DNA of 37,226 nt from Octopus bimaculoides (taxonomy: Eukaryota), in the NCBI RefSeq assembly GCF_001194135.2, contig NC_068993.1:52409030-52446255 (forward strand), in the 5' to 3' direction. Positions 24,656-36,901 of this stretch are shown here, one piece after another. Made by a program: the position numbers and the translations under genes. Below the pieces are notes generated by a model. It ran no database searches. It was given only the letters and a program-made list of their open reading frames with translations, and was not told where the DNA came from. The first letter of the stretch is position 1. Each line of letters opens with the position of its first letter.

Positions 24656-24777
24656 CTTATGGCTTGCTTGCTTAACCAGCTACGTGACATTATTTGAAAG
24701 CTAAAATGGTGCAAAGCGCACTGTGACCAACGATGTATAACAACATCTAATAGTCTGGTTGATCACATGGTCATGTG
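24656..24777 (+). mobile_element. 5'-truncated retroposon tail with 11-bp TSD
   Basis: ATATATAGTGT at 24645-24655 and 24778-24788 flanks the insert. Confidence 0.6.
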
Positions 24778-24799
24778 ATATATAGTGTTTTACATGCCG

Positions 24800-24940
24800 A
24801 AAACATGTCGCCTAATGATTAGGATGATAGGCTTGCAATATAAAATCAAGGGTTCCATTTGTGGACCAAACAGTACATTGTGTCCTTGAGCAAGAACTTC
24901 ATTTCACATTACTTCAGCCTACACAGCTGTTAATGAGCAC
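24800..24940 (+). mobile_element. SINE family C head, degraded
   Basis: TTGTGTCCTTGAGCAAGAACTTCATTTCACATTACTTCAGCCTACACAGCTGTTAATGAG. Confidence 0.65.
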
Positions 24941-25914
24941 TAGTGAAGCCCCTCTCTCAAATACTAGTGAAGCCTCCCCCCCCCCTCTCTCACACACATC
25001 TTGAATGTTCTGCTGAATCAAATATCGAAGAGCAAGAGGGTGTTTCTGTCTGCTTACAACTACATAGGCACTTAAAACAGTCAGTGAAAGCATAGTACAC
25101 AGCACCATATCATCATACTTTCCGTCTGAATGATGACCATAGTTATTACTTATATGACAGGGACAGTTCAATAGGAATGGCAGTGATTATAAACTTTCAG
25201 TCAGTAGTTTGATATCTTAACCACTTAAATCATGTTTTTCATAGGTCTCTTTGAAGAACTTAAATATCAAGAACACCCATCAATATCTCTACCAATTTTT
25301 GATGATTACCATTGGGATTCATTTCATGATTTTGATTTCCTGTTATAGCTACTTCATTTGAGCAAGTCATAGATGTTATTTAATTTCATATTCTTTACCA
25401 AACATCAAAAGCCTGTATGAGATATCAGTATTTTTATCAAGTCAATCAGTCCTTAAATCTAATATTATAAAAGCATTAGATTTTATCAAGAATCAAGAAT
25501 TATTGCTTCATGAAACTGCAGATACTTTTATTTTTATCATTGGCAAATGTTTAGATTTGGCATAACATAAACAATTTCATCAAAATTCAATTTGTGAACA
25601 GCTTTTTCTCTTTTTTTTTTTCTTTTTCAGTTTATTCATTTATCATCATAATATCAATTTTTCAGATACTCTTGTGAAATATCTACTGTTCAGTATGTTT
25701 CCATTCCATTCAATCACATCAGTTCATCTTTGAGGCATAACATCCTGAGATCTGCTTTTACCACCTCCTTCAATGTTTACCTTGGTTTTTCTCTAAGTAT
25801 GTTTCATTGCCAACACAGCAGGGTTTTTTTTTGTTTTTTGAGAAGATGTTGGCTATTCACATCACACATACATACTTAAAACATCCATCTCTCCAGCACA
25901 TATTGACAAATACC

Positions 25915-26136
25915 TTCATCCTTTAGCATTCAGATTACTCTGTCAAATGTAATGCTTATTTTCTCACATTGTTTCGAATTAATTATGCATTATTTCATAA
26001 CTTTGAGATTTTGATGATCCAAGTGAATATTTTTAGAATGACATTGAAGGAAAGGTGTGAAAGGCCAGATCTGACCAGTCTGAACATTAAATGGTAGAAT
26101 ATTTGTGCTGGATAGGGCTAAATGCTAAAGTGTTAA
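25915..26136. mobile_element. piggyBac-like MITE with TTAA-type ends
   Basis: Left TTCATCCTTTAGCATT vs right AATGCTAAAGTGTTAA (13/16 inverted match; core CTTTAGCATT perfect). Confidence 0.55.
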
Positions 26137-27099
26137 TGAACAGCTACTTGTGCTCTGTTTTCCATGAATGTTCATATTCAACCCCCTTTTCACTAACTTC
26201 TGTAGATCTTTTGTCGTCAGTGCCCATATCTAAATAACTAAGATAAATCCTCTTTTGTCTTCCAGCCATTTTCTCTCACTACTGTCACTAAAAACATTAA
26301 TTTTTCTTACCTAGATTGCAAAAATTATCTGTTACATCCAACAAACCATATGTATAGTTTAAGGACTGTGTTTGATGTTCCTTTACAGCTAACTCATACA
26401 AATAACACATCTGAAAGCCTGGTATTCTAACCATCTACCACAGATCCAATTCTACTTTTTATGTACATTTTGCTTGCTCTGAACACACTGTACAGTACTG
26501 AAATAATTCATTCCTGCCTAGAATAAAGCTACCTCCTTGATGTTACTGATGTTTTGTATCCCTGCTACTAATTAGAACTTCTATAAGATCATAATTTTGG
26601 GGATTAACTTCACCCCCCCCCCCCCAACGAAGACTTAGGTCAGTTTGATATATAATCATTTACCAGGTGTCTTATTCACCAGAGTTTGTTGCATGTACTT
26701 GTCTAATTTAGTATTAAGAATTCTTGGTCCAAACCTGGTCTGGTTCTTGTGTAAACATCCAGTAATAAGACAATCGATGACAATGATGATGACAAAACCA
26801 GTCAAAACAGTGCAGATGTAAACACTTTTTTTATCTCTAAAGATGTGGTTAATAGTCAAAAAAAAATTATAATCTTATTAATAGCAACTCGTCTTAGACA
26901 TTTTAGATTCTTCAAAGATAACCAGGTTATTGACATACAGAAGTTTTTGAGAATGACCAATCCTATGACAAAAACATTATTTTAGTTCTAAATAATGCAA
27001 AAAACAGTTGGTTACATAAATTCTTAATTTTCCTTTTGTCATCATTCTTCTATCAGTTATATTTTTCCTACCAATTCCTATTGCCTCTCTAATATATTA

Positions 27100-27530
27100 T
27101 CTTCTACAGTTAAAATAACATAATATCTCTGCTACTATATTACATCTACCATCAATATACTATATCGAATCCTATCATCTATGTAGTATATGATCTTTTG
27201 TAGTTATATATCTCTTCTACTGTATTATGTCTACCACCAATATACTATATGAAATCCTAACACTTTTGTAGCATATCATCTTCTATAAGCTATATATCTT
27301 TTCTACTATAATACTTCTACCAGCAACTATGCCAAATCCTACCACCTGTGTAGTATGTTATCTTTTATAATCAATATAGTATCATACCTCCTTTATTATA
27401 TCACTTTTACTATCAAAATACTATATCAGTTCCTACTGCCTCTGTAGTATATTTATCTTCCATAATTCATATAGCATGACACCTCTTCCATTATATGTTT
27501 GCTTCTACACCAATATATATATTCCTTACA
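27100..27530. repeat. Degenerate ~85-100-bp minisatellite, ~5 copies
   Basis: CTACCA(T/C/G)CAA unit starts at 27146, 27231 and 27317 (spacing 85 and 86); later copies are longer and more diverged. Confidence 0.75.
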
Positions 27531-27659
27531 TAACTGTCCGTGTGTTATCTTTTATATTAACTACAAAGAGTTAAATGTCATTCTCTCATCATCATCCTCT
27601 CTCTTTCTCTTTCTCTTGTCTTTCTAATGTCTCTTTCATCTCTCTTTGCTTCTATTGTC

Positions 27660-27971
<312 letters not shown>

Positions 27972-28299
27972 TATCTCTCTATTTCTCTATCTATCCATCT
28001 ATCTATCTCGCAGTTTTACCAGCACCAGCTGTAGTTTGTCAGACAGTAACAGGTGATAGTTGGTAGTTGGTATAAATATTTAAGAAAGTGAGAGGAGTCA
28101 AAGGTCAAGAAGGATGCAATAGATATTAGGGGGTGTTTAAATAAATGAAGAAAGATAACTGAAGCATTATAAAGATAAAAAGAAACACTAAAAAGAGAGA
28201 GTTTTGTGAGAGAATTAACACCTAAAAGAGGTTCATCATCGTCATCATCATCATCATCATTCAACATCCATTCCTATATATGTATATATATTATCTTTT

Positions 28300-28660
28300 A
28301 CTTATTTCAGTCGTTAGACTGCGACCATGCTGGGGCACTGCCTTGAAGAATTTTTAGTCAAATGAATCAAGCTCCCCCCACCCCACCCAGTACTTATTCT
28401 GTCGGTCTCTGCCAAACTGCTAGTTGCAGGAATGTAAACGTACCAACACCAGTTGTCAAGTGGTGGTGGAGGACTAACACAGACACTAAAACGCACACAC
28501 ACTCATTTATATGATGGGCTTCTTTCAGTTTCTGTCTACCAAATCCACTCACAAGGCTTTGGTCAGCCCAAGGCTAGAGTAGAATACATTTGCCCAAGGT
28601 GCCAGCCACTCAGTGGGACTAAAACCAGAACCATGTGATTAGGAAGAAACCACACAATCA
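28300..28660 (-). mobile_element. SINE family A, near full length
   Basis: TTTCAGTCGTTAGACTGCGACCATGCTGGGGCAC...CAAATCCACTCACAAGGCTTTGGTC...CAGTGGGACTAAAACCAGAACCATGTG. Confidence 0.85.
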
Positions 28661-28697
28661 TATCTGCACCCATATACACAGCCATATACACAGTCAA

Positions 28698-28910
28698 GTG
28701 AAGGCGCATGGCTCAACGGTTAGAGTGTTGAGCTTATGATCATGAGGTTGTGAGTTTGATTCCCAGACCGGTCTGTGTGTTGTGTTCTTCAGCAAGACAC
28801 TTTATTTCATGTTGCTCCAGTTCACTCAGCTGTGGAAATGAGTTCTGACATCACTGGTGCCAAGCTGTATCGGTCTTTGCCTTTCACCTTTCACTTGGAT
28901 AACATCAGTT
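28698..28910 (+). mobile_element. SINE family C with Pol III A/B boxes
   Basis: A box TGGCTCAACGG, B box GAGTTTGATTCC, then TTCAGCAAGACACTTTATTTCATGTTGCTCCAGTTCACTCAGCTGTGGAAATGAGT. Confidence 0.8.
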
Positions 28911-29312
28911 AGCCCTCTGAATTCTTTTCCTTACACACATGTTTCCAGCAAGTGCTGACCATTGACCAACAACAGTTGACCAGACAGAACAGTAACTTCA
29001 TCAAGGTCACCAGTCTTGGGAGGTGAAGGGTCTGCAAAGACCATGTTTACTGCCCCTTCTTCCAAAATTCAGCAAGTAAAAAACAACATTGTCTGTTCTG
29101 TTGTATCATGATAATACACCAATTCCTTTGCTGCATGANNNNNNNNNNCAACAACTATTTTATTCCAGCTTCTCGGAGAGTTCCTATTTATGCAACAGCA
29201 TTGTGTTAATGCTCTCTTCACTTGATCTCATCATTTTGTTTTACAATTATATTCCATTTTTATTAAACTCTGCTTTCATCCTCATGAGATTTTTATCTTG
29301 TATAATCCTTTC

Positions 29313-29368
<56 letters not shown>

Positions 29369-29494
29369 TCTCTCCCTCACTTATCATCATCATCATCATC
29401 AATGCCAGCATCATCACAACTATCATTATCACTGTCATCATTATCATCATTGTTGACTTCATCATCGTCACCATCATCATCATCATCATCACTC

Positions 29495-29970
29495 CATCAT
29501 CAAGATTACTACTACAACTGCTGCTACTAGTACTACTGCTGCTGCTACTACTACTACTACTATTGGTACCACTACAACCACCACCACTACAACCACCACC
29601 ACCACTACAACCACCACCACCACTACAACCACCACCACCACTACAACCACCACCACCATCACCACTACAACCACCATCACNNNNNNNNNNNNNNNNNNNN
29701 NNNNNNNNNNNNNNNNNNNNNNNNNNNNNNNNNNNNNNNNNNNNNNNNNNNNNNNNNNNNNNNNNNNNNNNNNNNNNNNNNNNNNNNNNNNNNNNNNNNN
29801 NNNNNNNNNNNNNNNNNNNNNNNNNNNNNNNNNNNNCACCACCACCATTACAACCACCACCACCACTACAACTACCACCACTACTACAACCACCACCACC
29901 ACTACAACCACCACCACCACCACTACAACCACCACCACCACTACAACCACCACCACCACTACCACCACCA
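29495..29970. repeat. CCA/CTA trinucleotide compound repeat with CTACAACCACCACCACCA higher-order unit; contains a gap
   Basis: Direct; source of the spurious LQPPPP ORF. Confidence 0.9.
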
Positions 29971-31087
29971 TTGTTGTCATCATCATTTCCTTTCTCATCA
30001 TCATCATCACTGTCACCGGTGCCATTATCTTTACGTGTGCACCACCACCACTACCGCAACAAGAACAACAACATTGTAAATTCTATGAAATATTGCTTAT
30101 AAGCCTTTTACTACTGCTTTTCTCACATTAATTATTCCTACCAAATGTGTGTTTTTTCTGTCACTTATTTTCTTATCTTCTGCACGTACTTTATGAGTAT
30201 GCAAAGATAGTTGTGTGTGTGTGTGTGTGTGTGTGGTTTTGGTGGTGTGTGTATGTATATATATAGATATATATACACACACACATATATATGCATATAA
30301 GTATATATATACATATAAATATGCATGTATATATTTATATATCTATATCTATACACACACACATATCTATATATACATACACATACACATACATACAGCT
30401 ATCTATGAAATAAGTATACACACAAGCACACCTACATGTATATATATTTCTATTTAGATTCTGAGTTAATAACTTCAATTTTATTTACTTTCTTGACAGT
30501 ATTTTTCCCCTCTCTCTTCATTTTTTTAATTTTTTTATTTTATTTCACAACACAATACATTGTAGCTTCTTGTCTCTACATTCTGAAACCTCATTTCAGT
30601 TTTCATAAATCTCTATTCTAATATACGAGCAATATTTTATGGCATCAGTATTACTCTTGCATGCAATCTTGACAAATATATTTAGACCAGAGTTAGTTGG
30701 GGTTCTTTTTTATGTCTAATTGCATTCTCACAGGAACAGCGTAGATTAAAATGCTATTTTTGGTTGAACTGTTAACAAAAGGCATTCATTCTATGGCAAA
30801 GCATCAGCGTTATGGATACAGACACAGGCCCTAAGTTGTAGAACCCCTTCCCCTGCAGTACTGAGAAAGTGCATTATCCATCTTGTTGACTTCACATGTT
30901 GCTAAAACCCCTGTTCTTTTAATGCTTATTAAATGTGTGAATTTGCAGAACCTGTCCAACCCATTGTAGGAAATAGTAAACCATAGACATTTTCTGATCG
31001 ACATGATTATTTCATGTGTAGCAAGGGCCTTTAGCCTTTATGGCCCCTGCTACACATGCTTTTGTCTTTTTTTTTTTAACCTTCTTT

Positions 31088-31610
31088 CATCATCATCATC
31101 ATCGTTTAACATCTGCTTTCTGTGCTGGCATGGGTTGGACAGTTTGACTGAGGACTGGCAAGCCAGTAGGCTGCACCAGGCTCCAATCTCATCTGGCAAG
31201 GTTTCTATAGCCGGATGCCCTTCCTAACACCAACCACTTCGAGAGTGTAGCATGTACTTTTTATGTGCCACTGGCATGGGAGCCAGTCAGGGGGAATTGG
31301 CATTGACAACATTCAGATGGTATTGTTCATGTGCCACCGGCATGGGAATCAATCAGGACACTGACACTGACCACATCCTCATGGTGCTTTTTACGTGCCA
31401 CTGGCACAGGAGCCAATCAAGGGTTACTGGCATCAACCATGTTCACATAATGCTTTTTACATGTCACCTACACAGGGAGCCTACATGGTTAGGTGGCACT
31501 AGCATCGACCCACACTCGAATGGTGCTTATTACATGCCACCAGCATGGGTGCCAGTCGGGTGGCATTGGCCACAACTACAATTTTGGTTTATCTCTTAGA
31601 ATGGTAGATG
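31088..31610 (-). mobile_element. RTE-type 3'UTR and tail with ~5 tandem ~65-bp modules
   Basis: Tail homologous to 17500-17672. Modules start near GGTGCTTTTTAC(G/A)TGCCAC between about 31253 and 31580. Confidence 0.85.
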
Positions 31611-32129
31611 CCATCTTTTCCTTCATCTTCTTCTTTGGACTTATCATCATCATCATCATCATCATCATGACTACCATCATTGCCTCTAGTACCATCATTA
31701 TCATCATGATGGCTACTACTACTAATACCATACTACCACTACTACTGTTGCTGCTGCTGCTGCTACCATTACTCCCACCATTGTCATCATCTTTGCTACC
31801 ATCACCACATCTACCAGCACTGTCATTATTGTTGCCATTGTTATCATCATCATCATTGTAATCATCAGCATCATCATCATTATTACCATCACTATAACCA
31901 TCATCAGTGTCATATTTATACACTCACACACACATACACCACCACCACTACATTAATACGACAGTATGTCATTGCGTCTTGCATGAAATGCAATGGCTGC
32001 TGGGGCTTCTACCTTCATCTGCCTTACAAGCACAGGCAGCACTAGAAAATTCCTTCAAGTTTCTTAAATAATAATCTTTTGCTTCTTCAAGAGGTCTTGG
32101 AAGACACAAATATCAGTTGATTAAATTAA

Positions 32130-32260
32130 TTCTAGTGTTTAGCTAGTACTTTATTTTATTGACCCTGAAACAATGATGGGCCAATTTGAACTCAGGACAT
32201 AAAGGGCCATAGAAAAAAACATAGTACAGATAATACAAGACATTTATCTGGCACTGTAAC
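32130..32260 (-). mobile_element. SINE family B, degraded
   Basis: CTAGTACTTTATTTTATTGACCCTGAAACAATGA...TTTGAACTCAGGACATAAAG. Confidence 0.65.
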
Positions 32261-32479
32261 AATTTTAACATGGGTTGGATAAATATATTATTGAGATATT
32301 GTTTAACAGCTGGGATGCCTTTCCTGTTGCTTACCTATACTAGTTTCTTTTAACGAGGATTCTTTTAGTTTACATCTTCAAAAGTTTGAAACCAGAGGAC
32401 AATTTGTTGACAGAGGAAATGATGACAACATTATCATTTGTAGCTGAGCACAAATGTAAACACACACATACACACACAC

Positions 32480-32648
32480 AGATGTATATTCAACAAGCAT
32501 CTTTCAGCTTATATCTAGAAAATTCACTTTCAGAGCTTTGGTTGGCCTACAGTGTATAGTAGAAGACACTTACCTATGATGCTGTGCAGTGGGACTGAAC
32601 CCAAAACCACATTGTTTAGAAGTGGTCTTCTTAATCACATGGCCATGT
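32480..32648 (-). mobile_element. SINE family A head
   Basis: TAGTAGAAGACACTTACC..TGCTGTGCAGTGGGACTGAACCCAAAACCACATTG...CACATGGCCATG. Confidence 0.75.
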
Positions 32649-32783
32649 CTGTGTCACTCACGTTCTCTCTGTCTGTTTATCTGTCTGTCTGTCTCTCTCT
32701 CTCACTCTCTTTAGAAACAGATAGATAGAAAGATAGATAGATAAAAGTAAATATACATAGCTTCTGTGTCCTGCATGTGTGTG

Positions 32784-32823
<40 letters not shown>

Positions 32824-33392
32824 GAACTCTGTAACCCAGAAAGTATCAGAATGGAAATAGACCATTGTCCAAAAAAAGAGAAAAAAAGATATATCTGTTA
32901 GCTTTGTAAAATGAAAACACTGTGAACCTTTTTATAGAGTTCACAGACTGAAGAAGTTCACAACCTTGCTTAAAAATAATTGACACACTGAAATGATTGT
33001 TTTGCTTTTTTAGAAATCTGAACCATAGATATTGATTATTGTAGAAGTAGGTACAGTATCAGGAAACACTTTATGTGTACTAGAGTGATTTGGGAGCAGC
33101 TGAAGCTAACATTTCATATAAATTATTTCAAAAAGTTCTTTTGATAAAATACTCTACTATCAATAATTTAATTTCTAGAAATATTTTGATCCTCTTCTGT
33201 CTCTTCTCTCTTTTTTTTCTTTTTTACATTATTTATTGCAAATCTACAATGCATACAGTTCATTAGACTAGGTTAAACATTTCCTGTTTCTTTCGGCCAC
33301 ACTGTTTATTACATTATCTGTTATTTATTTGGATATAATACCAAAGTTAGAATTGCAGAAGTAACCATATGTCTGTTGTTATATGATCAGGT

Positions 33393-33710
33393 GCAGGCAT
33401 GGCTGTGTGGTAAGAAGCTTGCTTCCCAACCACATGGTTCTAGGTTCAGTCCCACTGTGTGGCACCTTGGGAAAATTTTTTCCACATTGGCCTCGGGCAG
33501 ACCCAAGCCTTGTGAGTGAATTTGGTAGACAGAAACTGGAAGAACCCCTTCTGGGTGCTTTTTACATGCTATTAGCATGGGTGCCAGTTACATTGTTATG
33601 TAACTGGCACAGGTACCAGTTACAATGTTATGTAACTGGCACCCATGCTAGTGGCACATAAAAAGCACTCACTACATTCTTGGAGTGGTTAGCATTACGA
33701 AGGGTATCCT
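33393..33710 (+). mobile_element. Chimera: SINE family A head joined to RTE-type 3'UTR sequence
   Basis: Head GCAGGCATGGCTGTGTGGTAAGAAGCTTGCTTCCC...GGTTCAGTCCCACTG to about 33545, then GGCACATAAAAAGCACTCACTACA..GAGTGGTTAGCATTACGAAGGG as in 17480-17545. Confidence 0.75.
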
Positions 33711-35339
33711 GAAGCTTTAATTATTCCGACAATGGTATGTGATGACTTATATTAGATAAGCCAAAACAAGAAGAGCAATTACCATACTCTGGAAAGGGTT
33801 TAAACTTCAAACGACTTGAGGACCATAGCTCCGTAACTGATCAGTACTTAAAAACAAATGGTTATATTTACAAAATTCCTACTTCCAAATCCCTGATCTT
33901 AAGGTTAACAGGGATAAATGTTTGTATGTATTGTACTTAATGTATGTCTCCGTAGATTAACCTATTTTAAACTGTCAACACATCTCTGGAATGAAGTTTC
34001 AAGCAATAAACTAGTAGCTGTTATTCAATGTTGAATATTAGAGAACTCTAATAGGTTTTAGCTAAAATTGTCATTTTAATCATCGTAGCTTGAGGCTTTC
34101 ATGTTTTAGTTCAAAGAGTGTGTTGGGTTAAAACGTGAATATTAGCCTCAATGAATTGGCTGACAATTCCATGTCTGTGTTGCATGTTGTTGAATAGATT
34201 ATTTCATATAAGCATGACTCCCCACTACAGCATGTCTTTGAACAGTTCTCTTCTTACCATTGGTTACTGATTATTATTGATGGAATCAAAGCTGAAAATG
34301 ATCTCTTTCTCACACTACTGTTACATGTACACCCATTCATTCCTTCTCTCTCATTCAGATACATATGAATATGAATATATATTCACACATATGAGTATAT
34401 ATGTGTGCACAGATATGTGCATGTGTATGAATATATATGTATATATTTGTGTGTTATGTATGAATATATGTGCATATATTGAAGTATATATTTCCTTTTA
34501 CATATGTGTGTATTTTTATACATATATGCCGGTATAGCCATATAGGATCATGAGTTACGTCTATATATATATATATATATATTAATAACACGAAGAGTTA
34601 TTACAAAGTTGCATAGCATTACCTTTAATTCTTCATATATATATATAGATATATATATACATATTATTTATATTTATATATATATGTGTGTGTGTGTAAA
34701 TATATATACTCACACACACATTCATAGACATATAGACATGTATGTGTCTGAGTGCTGGAGGTACAAGAACAATCAGCTCCAAGATAGAGCATCCATTATA
34801 ACAGTAATAGAAAAGACTGAGAGAGGAGACAGTACGCCTATGAGCTTGAGGCTGTTGCATGTCCATTAGTGTTTAAGCGCCAATCATTCAAGCAGCCCTT
34901 CTCTTAATGGGGTGAGGGAACCGTTTCTGGGTTTCATTTTTACTTTCTGTCACTACCCATTTATTTAGCTTGGTTAAGAAAATTCCTTACAATATTCCTC
35001 AGGGATAATTGAATGCTGTAGAGTTTCCTTTTAAAATTGTGTTCAGTCTTGTTTCTTTCTCTCTTGTTTTCTCTTTGTCTCTTGGGGTGGTGGTTAACCA
35101 ATTATTCTTGATATACTTTATCCTCATCATCACTTATGCAACAGTCACCAGCATCATTATCATCAACTTCTCACCATTATCATCATCTTCACCATCATCA
35201 TCATCGTCCATATCATCACTATCACCATCTTCATGACTTACAACTTACATTTTCAGTCCTAGCATTGTCACATACCTGCCACCATCATCTTCATCACAGC
35301 TTTCATTACACAGCTTGTTTTAAATCTCTGAGTAAGGGA

Positions 35340-35590
35340 TACACAGTAACTATCGAATGGTAAAGTTTATTTGCCAACAGAACATAGCTGTCCTATAAAG
35401 GACGATGTTACTGTTGTTTTAGCCCCAGGAAAACATCTTTTCCAGCTGGCTATCTTCCTTGTAAATGCTATAAGGACACAGACTGTATGTCAATAGCCAG
35501 CTGGAAAAGATGTTTTCCTGGGGCTAAAACAACAGTAGTAACATCATCCTTTATAGGACTGCCACATTTTGTTGGCAAATAAACTGTGTA
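35340..35590. mobile_element. Foldback/MITE-like inverted repeat with ~90-bp arms and 39-nt spacer
   Basis: Arms 35364-35453 and 35493-35585; inner 41 bp perfectly complementary; outer ends TACACAGT / ACTGTGTA. Confidence 0.7.
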
Positions 35591-35592
35591 TA

Positions 35593-35623
<31 letters not shown>

Positions 35624-36454
35624 NNNNNNNNNNNNNNNNNNNNNNNNNNNNNNNNNNNNNNNNNNNNNNNNNNNNNNNNNNNNNNNNNNNNNNNNNNNNN
35701 NNNNNNNNNNNNNNNNNNNNNNNNNNNNNNNNNNNNNNNNNNNNNNNNNNNNNNNNNNNNNNNNNNNNNNNNNNNNNNNNNNNNNNNNNNNNNNNNNNNN
35801 NNNNNNNNNNNNNNNNNNNNNNNNNNNNNNNNNNNNNNNNNNNNNNNNNNNNNNNNNNNNNNNNNNNNNNNNNNNNNNNNNNNNNNNNNNNNNNNNNNNN
35901 NNNNNNNNNNNNNNNNNNNNNNNNNNNNNNNNNNNNNNNNNNNNNNNNNNNNNNNNNNNNNNNNNNNNNNNNNNNNNNNNNNNNNNNNNNNNNNNNNNNN
36001 NNNNNNNNNNNNNNNNNNNNNNNNNNNNNNNNNNNNNNNNNNNNNNNNNNNNNNNNNNNNNNNNNNNNNNNNNNNNNNNNNNNNNNNNNNNNNNNNNNNN
36101 NNNNNNNNNNNNNNNNNNNNNNNNNNNNNNNNNNNNNNNNNNNNNNNNNNNNNNNNNNNNNNNNNNNNNNNNNNNNNNNNNNNNNNNNNNNNNNNNNNNN
36201 NNNNNNNNNNNNNNNNNNNNNNNNNNNNNNNNNNNNNNNNNNNNNNNNNNNNNNNNNNNNNNNNNNNNNNNNNNNNNNNNNNNNNNNNNNNNNNNNNNNN
36301 NNNNNNNNNNNNNNNNNNNNNNNNNNNNNNNNNNNNNNNNNNNNNNNNNNNNNNNNNNNNNNNNNNNNNNNNNNNNNNNNNNNNNNNNNNNNNNNNNNNN
36401 NNNNNNNNNNNNNNTATATATATATATATATATATATGAATATATATACAATAG

Positions 36455-36662
36455 GTTTTCACACAGTTACCATCTACCAAATTCACTCACAAGGTATCGG
36501 TCAACCTGGAGCTGTAGTAAAAGACACTTGCCTTTTACCATTCAGGGCTTTGCCTTTCAGGATCGATAAATATAAGTACCAATTGAACACTGGGGTTGAT
36601 TTAATTGATTTACCCCCTCCCCAAAACCTGCTGGCCTCGTGCCAAAATTTGAAACAAATATG
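36455..36662. mobile_element. SINE family A fragment (-) fused to a family B tail (+)
   Basis: CTACCAAATTCACTCACAAGG...GTAGTAAAAGACACTTGCC followed by GGATCGATAAATATAAGTACC...GTGCCAAAATTTGAAA. Confidence 0.7.
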
Positions 36663-36901
36663 ATATTGAGTTACCTGACTATTCAATCATTGATTGTTAA
36701 CCTTGCCAGTTTCTTCAGTTCTCATTTCTTTTCTTTTAAGTTTCCTCTACCTACTGGAATCTACGCTGTGTCTCTTTTCAACAAACCATTCTAATATTTA
36801 AATTTGCAAACCTCTGTTGTACAATGTAAACGTTCTCACATAGACAAACTATATACACATATGTGCAAATGCATGTATGTATCATAGTCATTTATAGATG
36901 T

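Noticed and set aside
29089-30102. 337-aa ORF with LQPPPP repeats resembling an extensin or formin proline-rich protein
   Set aside because: Built entirely from CT, CAT, CTA and CCA microsatellites and spans N gaps.
32919-32970. Hairpin CTGTGAAC/GTTCACAG followed by CTGAAGA as a possible third hammerhead
   Set aside because: No stem II-GAAA-stem III arrangement follows.
35468-36569. Long ORFs of about 300 aa (also 3231-3823, 10306-10659, 23518-24093)
   Set aside because: Open only because they run through N gaps and TA repeats.
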